A stretch of DNA of 64,000 nucleotides, from positions 32,663 through 96,662 of the forward strand of contig JAISUT010000067.1 in the NCBI GenBank assembly GCA_031271905.1. The letters run 5' to 3'. Made by a program: the position numbers and the translations under genes. Of this stretch, positions 48,652 through 58,217 are shown one piece after another. Under the pieces are notes generated by a model. It saw only the letters and a program-made list of their open reading frames with translations. It searched no databases and was not told the DNA's origin. The stretch comes from Acidobacteriota bacterium. Its GTDB lineage: Bacteria > Acidobacteriota > UBA6911. Positions within the stretch are counted from its first letter, which is position 1. Every line of letters starts with the position of its first letter.

Positions 48652-50073
48652 ATGGAAAGGATGTGTGCAATGGCAGGATATAGCTTGGGCGGCGGACGGT
48701 CGGCGAAGCCCTTGCTCTTTTTGGCCGTCGCCGCGCTGGCGGCCGTCGCCGTCGTCGGCGTGGCGGCCTTTTACGTGGGGGCGTCGCCCGACATCGACAT
48801 CGAGCCCGCGATGCCCGTGATCGGCAAGCGGACGCCGGTCGCCGTCTCGGTATCCGAACCCCGGCGCGGCCTCGTGCGCGTCCAGGTCGAGCTCGTGCAA
48901 GGGGGCAAGGCGGTGACGCTGGCGGACAAGGCGTACGAGCCGGGTTCGCAAATTCCTTTCCTCGGTTCCGGAGACGGCAAGGTCGAGCGCGACGAGCTGG
49001 GCGTCGAGGCGGGCGCGACGGGCTTCCCAGGGCTGACGGGCGGCGACGCCACGATCCGCGTCACGGCGGGGCGGGCGGGCACCTGGTTGCGCAGTCCGGC
49101 GGATGTGGTGAAGGAGCTGACGCTGCCGGTGCGCCTCACGCCGCCGAGCCTCGAGGTCGCTTCGACGATGACTTACGTGTCGCAAGGGGGGAGCGAAATC
49201 GTCGTCTACCGCGTCGGGGAGTCCTCGGTGCGGGACGGCGTGCGCGCGGGCTCCTGGTGGTTCCCCGGCCATCCGCTCCCCGGCGGCGGGGCGCAGGATC
49301 GCTTCGCCTTGTTCGCCGTCCCTTACGACATGACGGTGCCTGACGTGCGCCTGGTCGCGGAAGACGCGGCGGGCAACGCCGCCGAGACGGGGTTCATCGA
49401 CAAGTTTACGCGGAGGCCGCTGCGCACCGACACCATCCAGGTCTCCGACCCCTTCCTCGCCAAAATCGTCCCGCCAATCCTGTCGCAGACGCCGGAAATC
49501 CGGGAGCGTGGGACGTTGCTTGACAGCTACCTCCTGATCAACCGCGAACTGCGCAAGAAGAACGCCGACGCCATCGTCGCGCTCGCCGCCAAGTCGCAAC
49601 CGGCTTTCCTGTGGAAGAAGCCCTTCCTGATGATGCCGAATACGAAGGTGACCGCCGCCTTCGCCGAGCGCCGCACCTATATCTACCAAGGGCGCGAAGT
49701 CGATCAGCAGGATCACCTGGGCTTCGACCTCGCCGAGGTGCGCCAGGCGCAGGTTCCGGCGGCGGGTGACGGCGTGGTCGCGTTGGCGCGCTTTTTCGGC
49801 ATCTACGGCAACGCCGTGGTGATCGACCACGGCTACGGCCTGATGACGATCTATGGGCACCTGTCCTCCATCGCGGTGAAGGAGGGGGAGAAGGTCGGAC
49901 GGGGCGCCGTCATCGGCAGGACTGGCGAAACAGGGCTCGCTGGCGGCGACCACCTGCATTACTGCACGCTGCTTTGCGGGCTGCCGGTCGATCCGGTGGA
50001 ATGGAGCGACGGCCATTGGATACGAGACCGCATCGCTGGCAAGCTGGGAAAGGCGTCGCCGCTCGCCCCGTGA
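48652..50073 (+). CDS. M23 family metallopeptidase with N-terminal TM anchor (second copy in window)
   Basis: HLGFDLA...GDGVV...VVIDHGYGLMTIYGHLS...GRTGETGLAGGDHLHY carries the M23 HxxxD / HxH motifs. Confidence 0.8.
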   Translation: MERMCAMAGYSLGGGRSAKPLLFLAVAALAAVAVVGVAAFYVGASPDIDIEPAMPVIGKRTPVAVSVSEPRRGLVRVQVELVQGGKAVTLADKAYEPGSQIPFLGSGDGKVERDELGVEAGATGFPGLTGGDATIRVTAGRAGTWLRSPADVVKELTLPVRLTPPSLEVASTMTYVSQGGSEIVVYRVGESSVRDGVRAGSWWFPGHPLPGGGAQDRFALFAVPYDMTVPDVRLVAEDAAGNAAETGFIDKFTRRPLRTDTIQVSDPFLAKIVPPILSQTPEIRERGTLLDSYLLINRELRKKNADAIVALAAKSQPAFLWKKPFLMMPNTKVTAAFAERRTYIYQGREVDQQDHLGFDLAEVRQAQVPAAGDGVVALARFFGIYGNAVVIDHGYGLMTIYGHLSSIAVKEGEKVGRGAVIGRTGETGLAGGDHLHYCTLLCGLPVDPVEWSDGHWIRDRIAGKLGKASPLAP

Positions 50074-50099
50074 CCTTGGGGGTCGGATGGGGATGCTGG

Positions 50100-51335
50100 C
50101 TACAACCCTTTGCGCGGCGGGGCGGTGCGCGGGGTGCCCGGCTCGTCCCGCGACAGCGTTTTGACCATCTCCGGGATCGCGGCGCCGAGGACTTTCGGAT
50201 CCTGAACGAAGCACATGACCAGGTGTTCCGGATCCATGTCGTAGAAATACCCCGGATGCACGAGTATGCCGTTCTCGCGCAGGAGGCGCTGTGCCGCCTC
50301 CTCCTCGCCCCAGCCCTCCCCGTCCGCGCCGTCCAACTTCAGGGCGACGTAAAACCCGCCCTGGGGCTTGATGCAAGCGACCGCCGCCGACTCCGCGAGA
50401 AGCCGCTCCGTCAGCCGCCACGCCTCGCGGATGCGCATGGCGAACTCGAAGCGGACGGCGTTGCCGAGTTGGAAGAACTCGGGCGCGGCGGCCTGCACGA
50501 CCTCGTTGACGGGGAGGAACGTGTCGGATATGAGCTCCAGCGCGCGCATCGCCTCCCGCACCTTCTCCCCGTCCCCCGAGACCGCCATCCAGCCGAACTT
50601 GAGCCCCGGCAGGGCGAGCATCTTGGAGAAGCCGTTGAGTGTGAAAACCAGCGGCGCGCCGGCGCCGGCGGGACGGGGCAGGGGCTCCCGCCCGAGCAGG
50701 AACTCGCTGAACACCTCGTCGCTGATGATGGGGAGGTCGTGGCGGCGGGCGATGTCCGCGAGCGCGGCGACCTCCTCCTCGCCGGATACGTGGCCGGTGG
50801 GGTTGTGCGGCGAGATCAGCACGATGGCGCGCGTGCGCGTGGTGATGACCGCCTCCAAGTAGTCTAGGTCGATCGCCCAGCCATCGGACTCCGACATCCG
50901 GTATGTGGCGAGCTTCACGCCCGCCAGCATCGCGATGTAGTCGAAGAGCGGGTAGGACGGCCGGGGGCAGAGGATCTCGTCACCCGCGTTCCCCAGCAAC
51001 TTGAAGCAGTACCAGTAGGCGAGGCTGCTCCCCGGCGTGATCAGGATGTTCGCCGGGTCGAAGTCCTTCCCGGCGCAGCCGACGCGCCGGTAGAAGTCGG
51101 CGACCGCCTCGCGCGCACGCCGCTGGCCGAAGGAGTCGGGGCGGTAGACGCGGCAATCGCGCGACGCCCGTCCGAGGATCTCCTCGACGAGGTTCTGCGG
51201 GAAGACGTAGCCGGACTCGTTGACGTTGCCCGAGACCAGGTCGCGAACGCCACGCCCCTGCGCCTGCAACTGGTCTCGCAGGCGGTACAGGGCGTTGGAT
51301 TCGCCGTGTAGTTGCGTCGCGATGTCGGAGAACAT
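50100..51335 (-). CDS. Class I/II PLP-dependent aminotransferase (AlaC-like)
   Basis: LNGFSKMLALPGLKFGW PLP-lysine motif. 411 aa. Confidence 0.8.
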   Translation of the reverse strand: MFSDIATQLHGESNALYRLRDQLQAQGRGVRDLVSGNVNESGYVFPQNLVEEILGRASRDCRVYRPDSFGQRRAREAVADFYRRVGCAGKDFDPANILITPGSSLAYWYCFKLLGNAGDEILCPRPSYPLFDYIAMLAGVKLATYRMSESDGWAIDLDYLEAVITTRTRAIVLISPHNPTGHVSGEEEVAALADIARRHDLPIISDEVFSEFLLGREPLPRPAGAGAPLVFTLNGFSKMLALPGLKFGWMAVSGDGEKVREAMRALELISDTFLPVNEVVQAAAPEFFQLGNAVRFEFAMRIREAWRLTERLLAESAAVACIKPQGGFYVALKLDGADGEGWGEEEAAQRLLRENGILVHPGYFYDMDPEHLVMCFVQDPKVLGAAIPEMVKTLSRDEPGTPRTAPPRKGL

Positions 51336-51336
51336 G

Positions 51337-51657
51337 CTAAGCGCTGGCTACGGCTTTCTCGGGGCTTTTCGGCGCGGCTTCCGCCTTGGCGTCCGCAGGT
51401 TTCTCGGGGGCCTTGCCTGCGCCGTCGCCGCCTGGCGATTCGCTGGTCGGGCTGGCGGAGCGCTTGGCGTAATCGGTGAGGTACCATCCGCTCCCCTTCA
51501 GTTGGAAGTTGGAATGGCTGATGAGCTGCTCTACCTTGCCCTGGCAGAACTTGCACCGCGCCAAGGGTTTGTCGGTGATCTTTTGGAAAGCCTCGAAAAC
51601 CTTACCGCATTCCTTGCATTCGTACTCGTAGATCGGCACGGGAAAACTTGCCTCCAT
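51337..51657 (-). CDS. FmdB-family zinc-ribbon protein
   Basis: PIYEYECKECGKVFE...CKFCQG is a CxxC...CxxC zinc ribbon typical of the FmdB family. Ala/Pro/Lys-rich tail. Confidence 0.7.
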   Translation of the reverse strand: MEASFPVPIYEYECKECGKVFEAFQKITDKPLARCKFCQGKVEQLISHSNFQLKGSGWYLTDYAKRSASPTSESPGGDGAGKAPEKPADAKAEAAPKSPEKAVASA

Positions 51658-51828
51658 CCTGTTCGTCAAAAATATAAGTAGATAAAGATAATACCGGCAC
51701 GGGCTTTAGTCAAACGGCACTTCGGGCTTCCCGCCGTGTCAAGCCTCGATAGGAATGTCCCCTTTTCCCGCCGCCCCCCGTCCCGCCGGGACGCCGGGAC
51801 TCGCGCCCGGTCTTCACGCGACGCGCGG

Positions 51829-52929
51829 CTACGGCACCAGCTCCGTGCGCATGGGGCGCGGGTGCTCCCCGACCTGCACGATGGTGAAGTCGATCTCCCC
51901 CAGGGTCTGTCCGCTCGCGGTCTTGACCTCGACCCGCCATTCGCCGGGACTGACGTTCCTCTTCCGCGAAAACCAGCGGTAGCCGCCGTCGCGCCCCCCG
52001 TTGATGCCGAACGCCATCCGGTCGGTCGCCACCCAGCCTGAAGGGGTCTGGCGGCTCCAGACGTGGACGAGGCGCACCTGCACCCCCTCGGGGGCGAAGA
52101 TGGCGGTGTGGCAATAGACCGCCTCTCCCGGCGTCCAGTAGAACGGGTCGTCCCAATCGCGCCAGAAGCGCAGGATGGACGGGGCGACGTAGCGCACCTC
52201 GTAGCCGCCGGCTTTCTTGGCGACGGCGTGATAAGGGTGCCCGGTCTTGAGCGCCAGCGGCACCGGCGGGATCAGGTCGGTGAAATAGAGCGCGTTCAAA
52301 AGCAGGAACACCCCCAAGGTCGGCGACCCCACCTGGAGCGCCGCGCGCCGCCGGTCGAAGCCTTTCCGGCAAATGCCGAGCGCGAACACGCCCAGGGTGA
52401 GCGTCGCGCCGACCACGCCCGCTAGGACGAACACCCACGGGCTGACGGCGCGCAGCAGCACCGGGAGGAAGAAGGCGAGGAACGTGAAGCAACAAAAGCT
52501 GTACAGCGCCGCCAAGAGCGTCCGGTTCTGCAACCTGTCCTCCAAGAACTCGTTCCCCACCAGCAGGGCGACCAGCGCCAGGAAGAAAAACGCGGTGCGC
52601 GTAAAGGAGGCGCTCTTGAAGTAGAAGACGACGTAGCTGGAGAACAGGCCGCCGAAGCAGAACTGCGCCACCCAGGGGAATCGCGGCGCGAACCTCCGCA
52701 ACCTGTCCGGGAGCGGCGCGCCCTCCTGCATGCGCAGGGTCAGGACGACGACCGCGCCGAGGACGGCGAGGTATCCGAGCAGGCAGAGGTTGTCGAAAAG
52801 GTTGTCGATGCGCCGGAGCGTCAAGGCGTCCCAGGCGAAACCGACGGCGAAGACCGCCGGCGCGGAAAACTTTTCGTATTTACTGTAAAACGCCTTGGCT
52901 TTCGCGGCGGCGGCTTGGGCGTTGGCCAT
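51829..52929 (-). CDS. Polytopic membrane protein with C-terminal DUF2914-like domain
   Basis: Six or more TM helices then a soluble beta-rich tail ([23 protein letters not shown]). Confidence 0.5.
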   Translation of the reverse strand: MANAQAAAAKAKAFYSKYEKFSAPAVFAVGFAWDALTLRRIDNLFDNLCLLGYLAVLGAVVVLTLRMQEGAPLPDRLRRFAPRFPWVAQFCFGGLFSSYVVFYFKSASFTRTAFFFLALVALLVGNEFLEDRLQNRTLLAALYSFCCFTFLAFFLPVLLRAVSPWVFVLAGVVGATLTLGVFALGICRKGFDRRRAALQVGSPTLGVFLLLNALYFTDLIPPVPLALKTGHPYHAVAKKAGGYEVRYVAPSILRFWRDWDDPFYWTPGEAVYCHTAIFAPEGVQVRLVHVWSRQTPSGWVATDRMAFGINGGRDGGYRWFSRKRNVSPGEWRVEVKTASGQTLGEIDFTIVQVGEHPRPMRTELVP

Positions 52930-52936
52930 GGCCGCG

Positions 52937-54502
52937 TCAGTGCTTGAAATGGCGGACGCCGGTGAAGACCATCGCGATGCCGCGCTCGTCGGCCGCCGCG
53001 ACGACCTCCGCGTCGCGCACCGAGCCGCCCGGCTGGATCACCGCCTTCACCCCGTACTCCGCCCCCGCGACCAGCCCGTCGGCGAATGGGAAGAAGGCGT
53101 CCGAGGCCAGCGCGCACCCTTCGAGCGGCAACGTCGCCTTCATCGCCCCCCACTTGACCGCATCCACGCGGCTGGTCTGCCCCGCGCCGATGCCCAGCAT
53201 CCGCGAGGCGCTGGCGAAGACGATGGCGTTGGACTTCACATGCTTGACGATGCGCCAGCCGAAAAGGAGCGCTTCCATCTCCTCCGCCGTCGGCTGCCGC
53301 TTGGTGACGACTTTGAGGTCTTCGGGACGGAGGGCGTGCTCGTCCCTGTCCTGGACCAGGAAGCCGCCGCTGACCTGCCGGTGCTGCGGCTCGCGCGGCG
53401 CCTCCGCCCCGACGCGCAGCAAGCGGATGTTCTTCTTCTGCCGCAGGATGCCGAGCGCCTCGTCGGAGAAGCCGGGGGCGAGCACCACCTCCACGAAGGT
53501 CTTGCCGATCTCGGCGGCGGTCGCGCCGTCCACGGGCCGGTTCAACGCCACCACCGAGCCGAAGGCGGAGACCGGGTCGCAGTCGCGCGCCAGCGCGTAG
53601 GCTTCGGCGAGTGCTTCGGCCTGCGCGACGCCGCACGGGTTGGTGTGCTTGATGACCGAGGAGGCGGGCCGGTCGAACTCCAGCACCAGGTTCCACGCGG
53701 CGTCCGAGTCGAGCAGGTTGTTGTAGCTCAACTCCTTGCCGTGCAGGAACTCCGCCCCCGCCACGCCGAAGGGGGGCGCGCCGGCGCGGCGGTACAGCGC
53801 CCCGCGCTGGTGCGGGTTCTCGCCGTAACGCAGGTCGGCGGCCTTCTCCAGCGCCAGCGTCTCCAAGGGGGGGAGCGTGTCGCCCACCTTCTCGACGCCT
53901 CCGGGGGCGAATGCGCGTTCGGCGAACCAGGCGGCGATGGCGGCGTCGTAGGACGCGGTGGCGGCGAACGCCTTCTGCGCCAGGCGGAAGCGGGTGGCGT
54001 CGCCGAGCGCGCCGCCGCTGGCTTCCAGCTCGTCGATGACGCCGGCGTAGTCGGCGGGGTCGGTGACGATGGCGACGAAGGCGTGGTTCTTGGCGGCCGA
54101 GCGCACCATGCTGGGCCCGCCGATGTCGATCTGCTCGATCACCTCCGGGAAGGTCGCCCCCTCGCGCGCCGCCGTCTCGCGGAACGGATAGAGGTTCACG
54201 ACCACCATGTCGATGGGCGCGATGCCTTGCGCCTCCATCTGGGACATGTGGCCTGCGTCGCTGCGCACGGCAAGCAGGCCGCCGTGGATCTTGGGATGCA
54301 GCGTCTTGACGCGGCCGTCCATGATCTCGGGGAAGCCCGTGTGGTCGGACACGTCCACCACCGGGACGCCGCGCTCGCGGAGGAATTTCGCCGTGCCGCC
54401 GGTGGAGAGCAACTCCACCCCCAGCCCGTGCAGGCGTTGCGCGAGCTCCCCAAGGCCCGACTTGTCAGAAACGCTCACCAGTGCGCGCGCGATGCGAGTC
54501 AT
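52937..54502 (-). CDS. purH: Bifunctional AICAR transformylase / IMP cyclohydrolase
   Basis: [11 protein letters not shown]...STGGTAK (MGS-like IMPCH domain) and C-terminal AICARFT domain. GGAGG ribosome-binding site. Start at the internal Met. Confidence 0.9.
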   Translation of the reverse strand: MTRIARALVSVSDKSGLGELAQRLHGLGVELLSTGGTAKFLRERGVPVVDVSDHTGFPEIMDGRVKTLHPKIHGGLLAVRSDAGHMSQMEAQGIAPIDMVVVNLYPFRETAAREGATFPEVIEQIDIGGPSMVRSAAKNHAFVAIVTDPADYAGVIDELEASGGALGDATRFRLAQKAFAATASYDAAIAAWFAERAFAPGGVEKVGDTLPPLETLALEKAADLRYGENPHQRGALYRRAGAPPFGVAGAEFLHGKELSYNNLLDSDAAWNLVLEFDRPASSVIKHTNPCGVAQAEALAEAYALARDCDPVSAFGSVVALNRPVDGATAAEIGKTFVEVVLAPGFSDEALGILRQKKNIRLLRVGAEAPREPQHRQVSGGFLVQDRDEHALRPEDLKVVTKRQPTAEEMEALLFGWRIVKHVKSNAIVFASASRMLGIGAGQTSRVDAVKWGAMKATLPLEGCALASDAFFPFADGLVAGAEYGVKAVIQPGGSVRDAEVVAAADERGIAMVFTGVRHFKH

Positions 54503-54626
54503 GCTCCCCCCTCCTTGCGATATTCCGCAATCCGTGGACAAAATGGACATTATACGCATTTCACCCGCCCCTTGCATCCTGCAATCTCGCGCAAGGCGCG
54601 TCCGGCGCGGAGGGGACAATTTTTCC

Positions 54627-54656
54627 TTGACAAAAAATCGGGGGGTCGGCTAAGGT
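54627..54656 (+). promoter_or_regulatory. Sigma70-like promoter (TTGACA-18-TAAGGT) for the cold-shock gene
   Basis: Perfect -35 hexamer. Gives a ~120-nt 5' UTR typical of csp genes. Confidence 0.45.
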
Positions 54657-54784
54657 CGAACCACTTAGATTTATTGCGTGTTAGGAAGTATGAGGGTCTG
54701 GGCGATCCGGGGAAGTCTGAAGCAGCGGATGGGATTCGAATCGACCCGGGAGGGAATGTAGCAGTTTTGGGGGGAATGTGGTTT

Positions 54785-55021
54785 ATGAGCAGAGTCATAG
54801 GTGCCGTGAAGTGGTTCAACAACACCAAGGGGTATGGTTTCATTTCGCAACCGGAGGGGGCTGACGTGTTCGTACATTACAGCGCCATCCAGGAGAAGGG
54901 GTACCGGACCCTGCGGGAAGGGGAGCAGGTGGAATTCGACGTCAAGGTCGGGCCGCGCGGTCCGCAGGCGGAAAACGTCGTGAGGATCGAGGCGGAGGCC
55001 CCGCAAGAGGCGACCGCCTGA
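54785..55021 (+). CDS. cspA: Cold-shock protein (CspA family)
   Basis: [30 protein letters not shown] covers the RNP1/RNP2 motifs. Confidence 0.9.
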   Translation: MSRVIGAVKWFNNTKGYGFISQPEGADVFVHYSAIQEKGYRTLREGEQVEFDVKVGPRGPQAENVVRIEAEAPQEATA

Positions 55022-55095
55022 CCCGGGTTCCGATGGCGAGTCGGCGAGAAGGCGAAACGCCCGCCGACGATGTCGGCAGATCGAGCTTTATGGCT

Positions 55096-55707
55096 TTATG
55101 AGGGCGCTTCCGCTTCACCGGCTTCGGCGGTGAAGCGGACGGCGTCTTCGGTCAACGACAGTGTGAATACGACCGGGACATTCCCAAGCCCTCCGGCATC
55201 CTCCCGCACGCGCCGCACCCGGTCTTCGACGAAACGGAAGAACTGCGGCCAGGACAGCAGGGAGAACGGCGGCTTCCCGTCGCCGCCCCCGCCCTCCAGG
55301 TTTTCCTGGATGCCCGCCAGGCGCAGGAACGCGCCGTAAAGTTCAAGGATCTTCCCCTCCTCCTCCGCGGGATCGAATACCACGACGCGCACGTCTGGCG
55401 CGAGGCTCGCGGCCGGGGAGGCTGCGCCTCCGGGAGCTTTGCCGCCTCCCGCCGTCTTCGCGGCCTGCTGTTGCTGCAACCGCCGCCAGAGGTCGCGGTA
55501 GGTGTAATAGCGCGTCACCAGCGTGGACAGGCGGTAGCGCTGGGCGAAGCCGAGGCCGGAGCTTTCCGAAAGCCTCTGTATCAGGCGCTCCACCTGCGCG
55601 GTCAGCTCGACAGGCGGTTGGAGGCGCTTGCCGCGCAGGTAGACGCGGTAGCCGACGGTCAGCCGCCGCAACAACGCCTCCAGGTTGTCCAGTTCGTTCT
55701 CGTACAT
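55096..55707 (-). CDS. Hypothetical protein
   Basis: 204 aa from MYENELDN. No recognised domain. Convergent with csp. Confidence 0.4.
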   Translation of the reverse strand: MYENELDNLEALLRRLTVGYRVYLRGKRLQPPVELTAQVERLIQRLSESSGLGFAQRYRLSTLVTRYYTYRDLWRRLQQQQAAKTAGGGKAPGGAASPAASLAPDVRVVVFDPAEEEGKILELYGAFLRLAGIQENLEGGGGDGKPPFSLLSWPQFFRFVEDRVRRVREDAGGLGNVPVVFTLSLTEDAVRFTAEAGEAEAPS

Positions 55708-55787
55708 CGCATTGTCCGAACACCGGCTGAAACCGGCGGAAACTAAAAAAGTTGACACGCCTCGCGGGGCTGTGCTGAAATTCCTGC

Positions 55788-57215
55788 ATGACAGACACGA
55801 ACGAGCAGGACGCCCAGGATCTTTTCCGCCGCATCCCCAAAGTAGACCAGTTGCTCTTGCGTCCGGCGGTCGCGGAGTGCATAGCCTTCGCCGGACGAGA
55901 ACTGGTGGTGGCGGAGATACAGAGGCTCCTAGGCGGGCTGAGGGACGCCATCCGCGCCCAAGTCGCCGGCACCCGTGCCGCCGCGACGGATCTGCTCGAC
56001 GCCGAACGTCTGGAACGCGCCCTCGCCGACAATGTGCGGGATCGCCTGACGCCGGTGCTGCGCCCCGTGATCAACGCCACGGGGGTCGTCCTGCACACGA
56101 ACCTGGGGCGCGCGCCGCTCTCGGACACGGCCCTGGGAAGTTTATCGGCACTTTCCCGCCAATACGCCAATCTTGAATACGATATTTCGGAAGGGTGCCG
56201 CTCGCAACGGGACAGGTCTGTCCAGTCGCTCCTGCAAGAGACGTTGGGCTGCGAGGCGGCGACGGTGGTCAACAACAACGCCGCCGCGGTCTTCTTGATC
56301 CTCGACACGCTGGCGCGTGGCAAGGAGGTCGTCGTCTCGCGGGGCGAGCTGGTGGAGATCGGCGGCTCCTTCCGGGTGCCGGACATCATGGCGCGCAGCG
56401 GGGCGATCCTGCGCGAGGTGGGGACCACCAACAAGACGCACCTTGGGGATTACGAAGCCGCCATCACCCCCGACACGGCGCTGTTGCTGCGCGTACATCC
56501 CAGCAACTTCAAGATGCGCGGCTTCACGACGAGGCCGGGCCTGGGGGAGCTGGCGGAGCTGGCGCGCCGCCGGGGCGTGCCGCTGGTGGAGGACATCGGC
56601 AGCGGCTGCCTGGCGGATCTGCGCCCTTACGGCATCGCGGACGAGCCGATGGTGCGGGAAAGCCTCGACGCCGGCGTCGCGCTGGTCTCATTCAGCGGCG
56701 ACAAGCTCTTGGGCGGTCCGCAGGCGGGCGTCATCGCGGGCGAGGAGAAGCTGGTGGCGCCGATCCGCAGGAACCCGCTCATGCGCACCTACCGGGTGGA
56801 CAAGCTCGTCTACGGGGCGTTGCAGGCGACGCTGGACAGCTATCGTCGCGGGCGGGCGTTGGCCGAGGTCCCGGTGCTGCGGATGATCTCCATGACCAAG
56901 GGCGAGCTCGCCCGCCGCGCCCGGGGCTTCGCGCGCCGCCTGCGCGCCGCCCTGCCGGAGGACGTGCGGGTGCGCGTCATCGACGGCGACTCCGTCATCG
57001 GCGGCGGCTCCTGCCCCGACTGCTTCCTGCCCACGAAGCTGGTCGCGCTGGAATCGGGGCGAGCCCGCCCCGCCGCCGTCGAAGCGCGACTGCGCTCCGG
57101 GGAGCCGCCTGCGGTCATCCGCGTCGAGGAGGATCGCGCCCTCATCGACCTGCGCACGGTCTTCCCGGAGCAGGAGGCGGTTTTGGTCAAAGCGTTGGCG
57201 CGGGCCGTGGAGTAA
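55788..57215 (+). CDS. selA: L-seryl-tRNA(Sec) selenium transferase
   Basis: FSGDKLLGGPQAG (PLP-lysine region of SelA) and N-terminal ...IPKVDQLL... are characteristic. 475 aa. Confidence 0.85.
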   Translation: MTDTNEQDAQDLFRRIPKVDQLLLRPAVAECIAFAGRELVVAEIQRLLGGLRDAIRAQVAGTRAAATDLLDAERLERALADNVRDRLTPVLRPVINATGVVLHTNLGRAPLSDTALGSLSALSRQYANLEYDISEGCRSQRDRSVQSLLQETLGCEAATVVNNNAAAVFLILDTLARGKEVVVSRGELVEIGGSFRVPDIMARSGAILREVGTTNKTHLGDYEAAITPDTALLLRVHPSNFKMRGFTTRPGLGELAELARRRGVPLVEDIGSGCLADLRPYGIADEPMVRESLDAGVALVSFSGDKLLGGPQAGVIAGEEKLVAPIRRNPLMRTYRVDKLVYGALQATLDSYRRGRALAEVPVLRMISMTKGELARRARGFARRLRAALPEDVRVRVIDGDSVIGGGSCPDCFLPTKLVALESGRARPAAVEARLRSGEPPAVIRVEEDRALIDLRTVFPEQEAVLVKALARAVE

Positions 57216-57221
57216 ACGCGC

Positions 57222-57261
57222 GCGCCGCCCCGCCCGAAAGAGGCGCACATTCGTTTTTTTT
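57222..57261 (+). terminator. Putative intrinsic terminator after selA (GCGCC...GGCGC stem then T8)
   Basis: GC-rich hairpin followed by TTTTTTTT at 57254-57261. Confidence 0.35.
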
Positions 57262-57414
57262 GACGTCAATGCGAAAAAATAGTTGCCAGTTCCGAGAGGT
57301 CGTTCGTTATATATAGAGACGGCGATTTGAGCGACCGGTAGCCCGCAGCGAGTGCCGCAGGGTGGAAACGCAAGGCTCGCCGCGAGCCCAAAGTTAAGAG
57401 GAGATCGGGCAGTT

Positions 57415-58041
57415 ATGGATACTGACAAGAATTTTGACAACGACGCCCCGCAGTCGGCGGCAGATGTCTGGGCGCTATTTCGGGAGTCCGACCGCAGACA
57501 CGAGCTCCAGATGAAGGAGATCGATCGCAGGATGGAGGAGATCGACCGCAGAATGGAAGAAAGTCGCCAGCGGATGGAAGAAAGTAGCAAGCGGACAGAT
57601 AAAAAGATCTCCGAATTGGGGAGCCGCATCGGGGAGATCATCGAGGCGATGGTCGAGGGGGACATCGTCGACAAGTTCCGCGCTCTGGGCTACGATTTCA
57701 CGCAATGCGCGCGGAACGTGAAATTCGAGAACAAGAAGCTCGGAATCCGAGGCGAAATCGACCTGTTCCTGGAAGACGGCGAACTGGCGATGCTGGTGGA
57801 GGTCAAGACCAGCCTGGAGACCGCCGATGTGAAGCGGCACATCGAACGGTTGGAGAAGTACCGCCGGTACGCCGCCGCCAAAAGCGACCGGCGCCGGTTC
57901 GTCGCGGCGGTCGCCGGGGCGGTCGTCATGGAGGATGCGCAGGATTTCGCCCTCGACGGCGGGATATACGTGATCGTCCAATCGGGCGAGGCGGTCCGCA
58001 TCGTCCCGCCGCCCGAGGGCTTCAAAGCGCGCGAATGGTAA
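57415..58041 (+). CDS. Hypothetical coiled-coil protein with PD-(D/E)XK-like C-terminal motif
   Basis: N-terminal heptad-rich region (EIDRRMEEIDRRMEESRQRMEE). C-terminal GEIDLFLEDGELAMLVEVKTS resembles a D-x(n)-E-x-K nuclease core. AAGAGGAG ribosome-binding site. TAA stop abuts MITE copy D. Confidence 0.5.
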   Translation: MDTDKNFDNDAPQSAADVWALFRESDRRHELQMKEIDRRMEEIDRRMEESRQRMEESSKRTDKKISELGSRIGEIIEAMVEGDIVDKFRALGYDFTQCARNVKFENKKLGIRGEIDLFLEDGELAMLVEVKTSLETADVKRHIERLEKYRRYAAAKSDRRRFVAAVAGAVVMEDAQDFALDGGIYVIVQSGEAVRIVPPPEGFKAREW

Positions 58042-58163
58042 GGGAACCTCTAAAAACCCCGGACGCTGCGTTGCGCCTTGGTCGAAAATGCTCATTTACC
58101 TCAATAAACTCCGCTTTTCGACCTGCGGCGACGCCTTGTCTGCGGGCTTTTTAGAGGTTCCCG
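58042..58163. mobile_element. MITE-like repeat copy D
   Basis: GGGAACCTCTAAAAACCCCGG...GCTTTTTAGAGGTTCCC. Flanking GTAAG / GTAAG suggests a short target duplication. Confidence 0.75.
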
Positions 58164-58217
58164 TAAGCGAATGGTGAGGCGCGCCGCAAGAGAGCGCGCG
58201 CCCTCCACGCCGCGCCC

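Noticed and set aside
57216-57414. tRNA-Sec (selC) downstream of selA
   Set aside because: Searched for a ~95-nt tRNA with UCA anticodon and an 8-bp acceptor stem. Only unrelated GC-rich hairpins are present.
12591-58163. CRISPR array
   Set aside because: The repeated GGGAACCTCT elements are dispersed single inverted-repeat units 7-25 kb apart, not regularly spaced direct repeats with spacers. No cas genes.
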